Part shown: positions 23,092-34,000 of the stretch, one piece after another
Numbering within the stretch: position 1 is the stretch's first letter
How the letters are laid out: the number at the start of each line of letters is the position of its first letter
NCBI GenBank assembly: GCA_036172245.1
Contig: JAYWIR010000004.1
Location: forward strand, 5,394,001-5,458,000
Reading direction: 5' to 3'
Length of the DNA: 64,000 nt
Source of the DNA: Raillietiella orientalis
Lineage: Eukaryota
Notes under the pieces: generated by a model
What the model saw: only the letters and a program-made list of their open reading frames with translations
Told to the model about the DNA's origin: nothing
Database searches by the model: none
Position numbers and translations under genes: made by a program

Positions 23092-26000
23092 AACCTGCGC
23101 GTTGCGAGAAGCTGCGCGGCAGCAAAGGGTTCGCCGGCACGGCCAACCTGGGAATCCTCCGAGTGACTGCGCAGGGAAGGCGAGCGCTGAACAGAGGGGA
23201 AGAGACAGGAGAGGGGAAAGAAGAGGAAGAAGAAGCTTTCTAAAAGAGAGGAGCATCAAGGAGGAGGAAGCAGGCGGTGTCTTTCTTTTGTGTGTGCGTG
23301 TGTTTGGTTCTCCCCGCCCCCACTCCCCCCCCCCCGCTTTCTCCTCCCCTCTCCTCTGCTTCCTCCTCGTGGTACGCGGAGGCCAACGCCTGTTGTGTGG
23401 CGGACGGTGCAGAACACGCAGCGCTTGCGATCCCCTCGACCGGCAGCCATCGCGAGATGTTCATTCGCGAGGAAGAAAGGAAAGCAGGCTATCGGCAGCC
23501 GGCCGAGATGTTCACTTCCAGTGAGGTTCTTCGTTGTTTTTCGTAAGGGGAGGGGGGGGGGGGGCGGAGGGCACCTGTGCAGCACTTTGCCTATGGATTT
23601 CCTCTCGGGAAGGGGGGGAGTGGGAGGGAGGGGGGGAGGGTTCGCAGGGGCTAGAGGGGAGACGGGATAAGGAAAGCGCGTTGCTCTGAAGTCCTCGTCC
23701 GAGCAGGTTTCACGGGAACCCCTCGGACGAAGTCTCGGAGCGGGAGCGCCGCAGCGCGCGCGCATGCACGAAGCGAACGTTTCAAGGAACTGTTTCTCCG
23801 TCATTGCATCTCTCCTCCTCGTTGCCTTGTTGATGCCCTGGACCGGCAGTGCCTCCGCCGCTTGGAAAAAATTGTGGCGCGCGCGCGCGCGCTCTCCAAG
23901 GAACCGTGTAGGCCCGATGGCCTCGAAGGTGCTTCCGCGGAAATTCTTCCGAGAAGTTTTTTTTTTTCTTCTTCTCCTTCTCTGTTTGGCTTTCGGAAGC
24001 GGCACGGATGAGATTCCTGGGCAGCCTTGCCCCACTCGCAAGGGGAATCCCCGCTTTCCAAGAGGCGTCCAGATTCCCCGTTACTTCCTCCCCGAAACTC
24101 GCACTCGATCCTTTTTCTGCGGACGTTTCGTCTTTTTTTTTCTTTTTCTTTTGTGTTTTCGTCTTCGGCAATGGAAACTCCTCAAGCAGCGATCGATCTC
24201 CGACCCGCAGCGGAACGTGATGTCTGCAGTAGGGTCACCGCATGCACCCACATAGGAACCGTTGCACAGCAGCAGCTCACGCTATCCCCTCATTCTCCTT
24301 TACATTTTTTCTTTCCTTTCGTGTTGCCCTAGGCCCTCCCGTTTTCGAAACAATGCTTGCTCATCGTACGCTGAGGAGCTCGGCAGGCAACAATGCTTCT
24401 CCGAGCAACAATGATCGCGCGACAGAGAGCTCCGCGCAACAATGCCGGTGAGCACAAACATTTTTCCCAGCGAGCAAAATACGCCTGTTGGTTGCAATCA
24501 AGTGCTGCCAACACGTTCGCTCGAGTGAGCGTTTGCACATGTGCACGCTTCGCAGGTCGTGGCAGGAGTGCGTGCTCTGCACATACGCAACGGTGCACTT
24601 GCATTTACATTGGATCTGCGAGAGCAGGAGGCGCTGTTCCCGCCGAAGAACGTTCCGAAGCTTACCCGGGACGCGTGCGCGCGTGACGACGTACAAAAGG
24701 AACGAAATCCCCGAAAATAAATAGAGGGAGTTCCCGCGAAATGAAACCACGAGGCGCTGCAATGGGAGCCCGTCCAGGGGTCTGTGTAGAGCTGGAGGTG
24801 ATTCGGAAGGAGTTTTTCCCGACGTCGTACCCCTTAGCCCCCTTCCCCCCTCCCCTCCCCCTCCTCCTCCCTTCCTCCTACTCTTTCCCTTCACTCTCGC
24901 CCCTTTTTCTTGTTTCCATTATGGAGTATCTGCTGCCGGAAGGGATCCGCGCGAGTGGGGTCGACAAGTGTTCCTCCTCCTTCCCTGCCGCAGCATGACG
25001 GTCTCCTTTCTGGATTCCGAGGGGCGAGCGGGAGCGGCAGGATGAAAAGAGGAGCATCGCATCGGAATGACGACGGCGGTGTGAATGACCACAGAGCCGT
25101 TAACCAGGCTCCTAGCCGAGGTTCAGGAACGTTCGAGGATCGTATCTAAAACGGGAATTTGGGAAGGGGGAGGGGGGAGAGAGAAACCGCTTGCGTCCTT
25201 CCCCCCCCCTCCTCCCCCCCTTTGTTTTGGTTCCCTGTGAAGGTCGTTCTCTGCTCTCATCGGCGTTTCTTCCGACTCAAACCGTGCATTCGTGCTGCGG
25301 AATGCCTACTTTGTACCGGAAGTCTCAGATCGGGAAGCTCTCATCCCTGTGGGCTGGAGTTACTTGTCAGAGAGACTTCCCTTTTCGGGCTGAAGGAAGA
25401 CCACACCGCCGAGGAAGCTCGTATGCGCCGCTGGGAATCCGCTCGTCCTTTGTCGGACGCCGAGGAGGCGCCTCTCACTCCCGGCGTTGTCTCGGGAGCA
25501 CGTGTCGGCGTCCTCTGCATGGCGGACCCTGTCGAGAATCCACGCTTCCCGGCCTTGTGAAAATGCGCTCCTTGCAGAGCCACTTTCGTGGAAAGGCGCT
25601 TCCTGTGTGTTTCTTGGTAGCCGGCAGCTGGGAGCCATCGCGCGGGGAACGAAAAAGAGTTCTTCCCAGGAGGAGACTCATGAAAGATGCGGTCCTCTGG
25701 AGCGCTGGCTCCGTGCACGACCGATCGACCTACCGACTCGGGTCCTCCTTGGCCGCTTGTTCCTCACCGGCATGCAGCTGGGCGCGCGAGGTCATCAGTA
25801 CGTGTCGGGAAGCACCCATCCGCCTTCTTCCCTACTGCTCCTTCCTTGAAACCGGCGGGGATCTTCTGACGACGACGGTTGACGAGGTGTGCCTCCTCCC
25901 CCTCCCCCTCCTCCTGCCCTTTTCTTCTCTGCGTCTCCGGCCACCGCTGCCAGCCCTCCAGCCCGCTCCTTCTGCCCTGTTCCAGCTTCTTCTGGCGGCG

Positions 26001-28036
26001 CTGGGAGGTTCCTCTCCTCTTCGGTCCGCGGACCGAGAGAGGCGCCTCGGACTCGAAGCCGGTCCAGCGGTGGCCGCCCCAGGGCGGGGGAGGAGCGCTT
26101 CCGCCCCACGAAAGCCCCTTTCATCCCGTACGCCCTGGCGCGTTTCTACCCTCTTCGCCTTGCTTCGCGCGTCGTAAAGGGGTTCCAGCCCCCCATCCCT
26201 CTCTTTCTCTCTCTCCCGCGGGATTCGACCTTCGAGAGTTTCGTGCATTCCTTCTCGAAAACCTGGAAAATCAAAAACACCCACCCACACCCACGGGAGA
26301 CCCAATGGAATCGCCGAGGACGGCGCGGGAGTCGCTCCGCACGAGGCGGAGGAGCGACCGGTGCGGATGGCAGGAGAGCACGCGTTCCTCCGCGCGCGCG
26401 GGAGCGCCACCCTGCCGCTAGCCCGTCGCCGTGTGCCCGCGTGCCGCCCGCTCGCGTGCGTCCTCGCGTGAGCGCGCGCATTTTGAGTGATACTGATGCT
26501 GTGATTCATTTCTCCAGTGTGATTTATCTACGTTTCTAACCTGACCTCATCTGTTGGTTACAGCGTTAGTATAAAAACGGTAGAATGGATCGTGCCGGTG
26601 ACGTCACTCCGGAAGAGTCGAACAAGACAAGTGTGAATTTGTGCACGGGCAGCCTCGCCTTCCTGCAGTTGTCCTGTAGGACCGCGAAGAAATCCCATGT
26701 CGATTGTGAGTACCTTGAGATTTGTCTCTGAGAACATGCCCCGCGCATCCCCGGAGCGTCCTCCCCGGACGGAAGCGAGCGAAAGGGAAGCGGAGCAAGG
26801 GGAGGAGAGGAGAGCACGACTGTTGCTCTGCTCTTCCTGACCGCGATTGTTGCTCGTCCTGGATGCCTTCGCCGTTTCCTCCCTTCTCGGCGCCGTTGTC
26901 GCCGTTCGTTCGAGCGGAAAGCCGCAAGGAAATCCACCCCCTCCTTTCTCTCCCGTCTCCTCCTTCCGGGTCGATCGGTCAGGCGTTCGCGCGTGTGCGT
27001 GCCCGCGCGGCAGCGCCAGAGGGGAGGTCCGTCCCTCCGGGATGCGTTCGTGCGGGCCAAGGATGGCCGAGGAAGCTGTCCCGTCCTCGTCCTTATCCCC
27101 TCCCTTCTTCCCCACCTCCATTCGTATCGTCAGGGTGACCTCGAGGCCGTGGTGGCTGTCGAGTGCTGTTACCCGGCGGTGTTTGGGTGAGCGGGCTTGT
27201 TCTTCCGGCTCCTCCTCCCCGCGAGCGAAGGGAGGAAGGAGAGGAGAGTGTTGGAGAGGGTGGGTTAGAAGGGGAGCTGGGCCTCTGCCGCCGAGGAGCG
27301 CCTCCTGCTGCTGCTGCTGCTGCTGCTGCTTGCCACTTGCTCTTTGCAGTTTTCCGTTTGGTTAGGCGCGCTCCTCCCTCGTCTACAGTCCGTGCGCCCG
27401 CGGAGTTCCTTGACGCGCAGGTCGGGATATGAGAACGCGGGAAGGAACGGGATCCGTCCACTGCCGTGTCGAGGTCTCCCGGTCTCCTGGCACCCGGGAC
27501 TCTCGAGCCTGGCACACGATGTTGGTCCCCGCAGGCGTCGGAGGCGGCCGTATCTGGGCAGGATAGAGACGCGGGTCCCTTCCCCGCAAGCAGGGAGCGG
27601 TAGCAAAATCCAGGGATCCCTTCTCAACAGGCGGGAGGAAGAGAAGAGGAAGCGCCTTGGCTTCGATTCATCTCCTACCGTCATTCCCCCATCCACCCTT
27701 TCGACTTTCTGATAACGGAAACATGCGCGCGGGGGATGCTGCTGCCGTTCGTTCGCCACCCCAGCCGGTGGCGCGTCTTTCGTTTTCCTTCAGCCTCCCC
27801 CCCCCCCCCCCCGTCGCAGTCCGCTTCGTCCCTCCCTCTTCCCTTTCTCCTTCCTTCTTTCCTTCCTCCTGCTCCTCCTGTTTCTTTTTCGGTGTGCTGG
27901 AACGTCAGGCATCTCTTCCGCATCCGGAAACTCGCTAGGAGTTCGACGAACCCCGCCGCCATCCAGCTGGGCCAAACAGTTTTCACTCGAGATGCGTCTT
28001 ATCGGGAGACAAACATCACGGCAACCGGGCTGACAC

Positions 28037-28068
<32 letters not shown>

Positions 28069-31000
28069 AAGAGCGTTGATCTCGCCCGGCGAGCGTGCGC
28101 ACGCGCGAGCTCGACGCTGAGGGACGAGCAGGGTGCGGCGATGGACCCGCCGCGCACCAACACCTACCCTCTTGTCTTAACGCGCGACGGGTCCATCGCC
28201 GCACTCTGCTTGTCTCTTAGCGTCGGGGTCTGCGATCGGCAGGTACCTCCTTGCTGCCCCCCCCTCCCTCCCGCTCCCCTCCCCTCTCCCCCCCCCTCAC
28301 TCGTTCGCCTGCGTAGAGGACGTCTTCTCTGTCGCAGCTCGCCCCTCCCTTCCTTTCGGTTTGCGTTTTTTCTCCATGGCAACCGTCCCCCTCTCCTGCC
28401 GGGCCGGCCCCGTTCCGAGCCGCCGGCGGACTTACGGATGGAGAGGAGGAAGAGAGGCTTTGCGTGCACAGCTCCTCCTCCCCTGCTTCCTTGTTCCCCT
28501 GAACGCACGCCATCGCGTGGGAGCGGAGCAGAAGACGCGGGCCGCCGCTCCCTCGAGGGTGCTGGCCGTGCGCCTATGGGAGCGCGGCGCCACCGGGCTG
28601 GCAGCCTCCCATCCCTCCCTCCTCTTCCTCCTCGTCCGCGGAGCAGATGCGGGAGGAGCTGGCGTGGACGGGGTGGACGGCGCCGCCGCCCGCGTGGCCT
28701 CGGGAGAGTCCAGAAGAGAGAGAGGGAAGGGTGGCCGTGCCCACCCTGCGCCGAGAGGGCGAGATCGGTCGCGCCTGCGCGTCGTCGGGAAGCGCGCGGC
28801 GAGGCCGGCTGTGCACGTCCGGATGACGCGGGACGCGTAGCGAGAGTCTGGAGAGCCCTGCCAACGATCCCGAGTGTTCGGCGTCGCAGCCGCAGAAGCG
28901 GAGCCGGGGAGAGAGAGAAGGAGAGAGAGAGAGAGGAGGGAGGGGGAAGGGAAAGGAAAGCAAAAGGAAGAGGAGGGAAAACGGCGCGCGAGGCAAGGCG
29001 CTCCTGCTTCGCCGCCGCAGCGCGGGGAGAGGGTGTCGGGTTCTGATCCAGGGAGCGCCATCTCGGCGCCGCTGGCTCCCGCCTGAAAGGAAGAGCCCCG
29101 AGTACGGCAGCGCCGCGACGCCCACATTCTACCCTCCTCCCATTTCCGCCCTCTTCCTGTCCATCTTGTCCCTCGCAATTTCTCTGGCTAATCGATGCGG
29201 GAGGAAACCGATCCTGTCCCCCTCCTGCCTCAAAAGGCTCCAGGGAGAACGGGGGTCTGGGATGGAAGCGGACGTCGGTCGAGCTGCTCTGGCCGCTCTG
29301 CTCCTCCGCGGAGCACGCCTCGAGGGACCTTTCTGTCTCCCGCGCCTTCTCTGGGACGAGGTGTGCCAGTCACCTCCCAGAGAAGGAAAATCCCCGATTG
29401 GTGGGCGCGAGCCGCCGGCGAGTATCTTCCGGGGGGGTGGGGAGTGGGGGGGGGGAAGGGGTTTTGCTGTGCTCTGCCCCACACATGGCTGCCATTGCCG
29501 TCACTGTTGCGGCCGCGCGAGGAGACTACGGACGGTTCCCCTCTCCCCCTTTCCCTTCCTCACCCAGCTCTTGGGCCACCGGGCACCCGGGACCCAGCTC
29601 TCTCTCTAATCTGAACCGAGGGCCCCGCTCCGCAGCCCCCGGAGGGTTCTTCACTCATCTGCCTCCTTCGCGTGGTGAGGTCCGGACAACCCTGCAGTTC
29701 ACCCCTCGGCTGCCAGGGGATCCCCGTCCCCTCCACGTGCCTCGCAGCCTCCGTGAAGGGACGTGGGGGGCCGCGTGGTGTCTCTGTCTTTTCCCCTCCC
29801 CCTTCTGCACCGCAGGCTCGCAGCAGCCCACCCTTCCTCCTCCCTCCCCTCCTCCCCGGACTCCGACGCCGCCCCTCGTCGCTGGCTCGTTCGTGCCTTC
29901 CCGCGCCGGCCGGCCGGTGACGCTCTCGGGCGCTCCGGGGAGCGCGAAGCTCCTTCGCGAAGAAAAGCAGACGCGCGCTGTCAGCCCACGCAACGGCGGC
30001 GGCAGCGGCGGCGGCGGCGGCGGCGAGCGCCTCCCGAGGAGGAAGGGGCGTCGTCATCGCCTTCAGGGAGAGCGAGCGAGGGGCCCCGGTGACCTCGGAT
30101 GCATCCGGGCGAGTCCGCCCGTTTTCTCCTCCTTCCCCCCCCTACCGCTCACCCGAACGACGCGTCCCGATGCGTGGAGGGGAGGCAGAGGCAAGGCGGA
30201 GGGATCGGCCCCTCCCTTCCCCCCCCCCTCTTTCCGCTGCCCCTCCCAGAGGACGAGGAGGAGGAGAGTGAATGCACAGTCCTACCTGATTTTACCCGGA
30301 GAGTCAACGGAGTGTTCCCTCACCGGGTTCTTCCATCCCCCTCTTCCGGTTCCCTTTCCTCCCGAAGAGATGCGTCCGGCCCGTATTTGCGTTGCCAGCA
30401 GCTCCCGTCTCTAGGGATTTGCTTCGGGACGGCGCCGGTGGCTCTTCCCCTCCCCTTCCTTCCCCCTTTCTGCGGGTGCCATCGTGCCCTCCGGCGCCGC
30501 GCAACCGCCCCGTCGAATGGGTGCGCTCTCAACCTCCAGAGGAACCTCAGGACGCGCACCCGGCAGGCGTCGTTGCATCCCTGCCTCTCATCCGCCTCCA
30601 TGGGAAGGGGGGGGGAGCGCGTGGACGAAGATCATGGTCCGAAGAGGTGGGGGGAGGAGAGGAAGGGAACCAACGCGCGTCCTCTCGCCTCGTTCTCCCG
30701 GACGCGAGGTGCGCGCGTCCTCCTCTCTTCTCCCGGAGGAGCAGTCGAGGGTCCCCGAAGGCGAGCCCAGGCAGGCAGCTGCCACCCCGCCGCCGGTTCG
30801 CCGATCCTCGCGCGTCCTCGCGGAGCTCGGGAGAACCCGCAGCCGCACGCGCGGCGCGCGCGCGCTCTTCGGCGCCCCTTCCTGCCTCCCTCGTCCGCAC
30901 CTCGTGCCCTTCGCCGCGAGTCCCTGCTCCCTCGAAACAACCCTCCTTCCTCCTCCCTGCGCGCGACTCCCTGTTGACCCTCAGGCATCCACGGCGGCGG

Positions 31001-34000
31001 CTTCTCTTGCGGGTCGATTCGTCTCCTTCGCGCAGCGGGCTGCAGGCGGAAAATTCGGCGATCCCCGGCAGTGGGTCGGGCGGATCTTCCCTCCGGGAAC
31101 GCTCCGGGAATTGGATCGTTTCTTCGAAAGGCAAGCCGCCCTCGTACGCGGGGGACTCCCCGCTTCGTCCGGTGACCCCTTCGGACCTTTCTCGGTCTCT
31201 TCGGCTTCCCGAACGCGCCCCTGGAATCGTCCCTCCTGACAACGGGAAAGGTTACGCGGTACCCTCGTGCTGCTATCCCCTCTCGAGCACCTTCCGTCGC
31301 GAGGCTCAGAAGGGTCAGCAGACCAGGGGCAGGGAGGGGGTCCTTCCGACTCCTCCCGTCTTCGCCTCTCTGTCTTCTCTGGGGTTGTTACGAGGTTCTG
31401 GGAAGGCCCCAGCCACTCCATCCCCCTGCTGACTCCGCAACCGCGAGCGTGCGGCGAGTAGAGGGGCGGGGGCCGGAGGGTGGAAGGAGAAGCCGCCGCC
31501 GAGGCCACGGAAGAACTGCCGGGGGCTTCTTCAGTCGGACCATGGCGGCTGCGAGGGGAATCCTGAAACGTCCTGCGGAAGGGGCGAGCGCGTGGGCCCA
31601 GCACCTTCAGCTTGGTGGGTCCTCCCCTCTCTCCGACCCGACGTTTCCCTTCCGGCCCCAGGAGGGATTCTGCGCGCTCTCCTTCCCGTCTCGTGCCCCA
31701 AGACCGACCGACCCGGGTCGCCGCACCCGCGCAGTCCGAGAAGGCGGGCTCGCTGCCTTCCTTCCCTCTTGGGGCCAGGTGGAAGGGGCGCCTCGCGCGG
31801 AAGGCCGCCTCTGGAAAAGCGGACGGCAACCCTTCGGGAGGTGCCTGCAGGGAAGGGGTCTGGAGACAGACGCCTACGATCTCCGCTGCCTGCAGAGATC
31901 GTAGGCGGCAGAGAGGGACGGTGCCTTCGTGCTCAAAGGGGACTGGAAGGAAGGAAGAAGGTCCCTACTCTCTGAGGACCTACTCCCGTGGTGCGGCAGC
32001 GGATGGGTCCCGAGTGCAGAAGGACCGTTCCACGTCCGCTCCCCCGGCTCCCGCAGAAGACGATTATGACCTCTCGGGACGTGGTGTACCGCGCCCCCAG
32101 GAGCGAAAGAGCGCTAAGTGAAGGAGCGCGGCCACGGGCCGCTTGGTGGAAGGAGGGAACGGGAAATCCATTCGAGAGCTCCTGACGCTCTGCAGAGGCG
32201 ATTTCCAAGGGGGGTGTATCAGGCAGTTCCATGGTGAGCGACGGAGGGTCCTCCTGCCTGTGGGAGACGGCTCCTTGATTCCTGGAAGGACCCTAGAGGG
32301 CCGAACTTCCAATCCCTGCCAGTCAGCGGGGTCACGCTTCCTTCTTTCCGAGGGTGGCTCCTCCCCGCGCTTCTCCCCCCTACGAGGGGAGGCGGGCCGC
32401 GGAGTCTCCCTGGGATCTCCCTCTCCCTGGAGAACACGGAAGTGGGTGTGGAGGGGGAGGGGAGTGGTGGTGTCTCCCGTGGAAAGGTTCCTCTCCGAGA
32501 AGGAGGAGGGGTGTTCCCCTCCTTTCCCTGCCGCCCCCGCGCCGGGAGGGAGCGAGGGAGGGAGGGAGGCGTCGGTCGGCTGCTGACTCCTCTTCCCCCC
32601 CCCCCCTCCTTCCTCAAGGTGACACGCGGGGGGAGCGCTCCCTCCCGGAGCCGCCGCTCCGCCGGGCGTCCTCCCGGACGCTTCCCCCCACCTTTGCGCC
32701 TTCCAAAAATACGGAGGACTTGGCAGTGCGTCGCCCTGCCGGTGTCATCCCCTTTGTTTTATTTGCGGGAGCGTCGTGTCGTCGGGATAGAATTACTGCG
32801 GATGAGAAGTTCCCCCCCTCTTGTGTGCTTCTCTCTTTTTTTTTTTCTTCCTCCTTCCTTCGTTCCTTCTCCCCCCCTCCTCCTTTTTTTTTGAGCGGGG
32901 GGAGGAAGGGCTTTCTCTCGCGAGTTGCGCGCGCGCGCGCGCGCGCCGAGCCACGGAGGCGGTCGAGAGCAGGCGGGTGGGAACTCGCCCGTGTCCTGGC
33001 CACCGCCCCGTGCGGGCGGCGGCAACGAAGGATCGGGGGAGGGAGGGAAAGAGTGAGCTGGGGGGGGGGAGTGGTAGTGCTCGCTCGCCCCCTCCTCCTC
33101 CCCTTCTCCAAACACCCTAATCCCCCCCGTTCTCGCCTCCGCGTGGTCGTCGCCTCCGCCGCCAGGGGCGCCACTCACTGATCCCGTCTCTCCCCCAGCT
33201 CAAATCGAGATCATCCCATGCAAGGTCTGCGGTGATAAGAGCTCTGGGGTGCATTACGGCGTCATCACGTGCGAAGGATGCAAAGGTTTTTTCCGCCGGA
33301 GTCAGTCCAGCGTGGTCAACTATCAGTGCCCGAGGCAGAAGAACTGTGTGGTCGACCGGGTCAACAGGAACCGCTGCCAATACTGCCGGCTCCAGAAATG
33401 CCTGGCCCTGGGCATGTCGAGGGACGGTAAGTTTCCCTCTAGACCCCATCCCCCAGGACCCCTGCTCCTCCTCCCTTTGAGTCCCCGGAAGCTACCGCTG
33501 CCAGCCCGAGGCGCGGAGCGCCCTCTCTCGGGCGAGCCGGAAAAGGGTAGACGGGGAAAGGGGACGCCGCTGCCCGCCCGTCCCAGGTGGGAAGATCTCC
33601 TCCCCAAGGCCAACTGGTGCGACCCCCTCTCTCTCATGCCCCAGGGTGCAGCAACCTCCCTCCCCTTCCGATTTCGGTAGGCCCCCTCCACCGCGCCACT
33701 GGCCTCTCGGAGCGAGGGAGGGGGCAGCGGAGGTCCCGCCGGCGGCCCCTGTCGAATCCGTCAAGACGCCCCCGCGCATCCTCCAGTGACCCAAGGGACA
33801 GGAGTCCCTGCGTCTCTGCCCTTCGGTCCGGTCCGGGACTCGCCCACTTGTCCGCCCTGCGCCCAACCCTCCACACCTTTCCTCTTTCCTTCCTCTCACA
33901 GACGTCCCCCTCTCGTTTTCTCTCTCTCCTGTTCCGCCCTGCTCTCCTTTCCTCCCGTCTCTCGTCCTGGGAGGATGGGGCGGAAGGAGGGGTGAAAGGA

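Noticed and set aside
21880..23259. 459-aa minus-strand ORF, and similar long ORFs such as 27736..29046, 29398..30414 and 42668..44023
   Set aside because: Arg/Pro/Ala/Gly-biased low complexity, with overlapping ORFs in several frames; expected from high GC.
26570..26608. TATA box (TATAAAA) plus Inr-like TCACT as a promoter for exon C
   Set aside because: Spacing is ~36 nt rather than ~30, and a start there would lie downstream of the ATG; the acceptor interpretation fits better.
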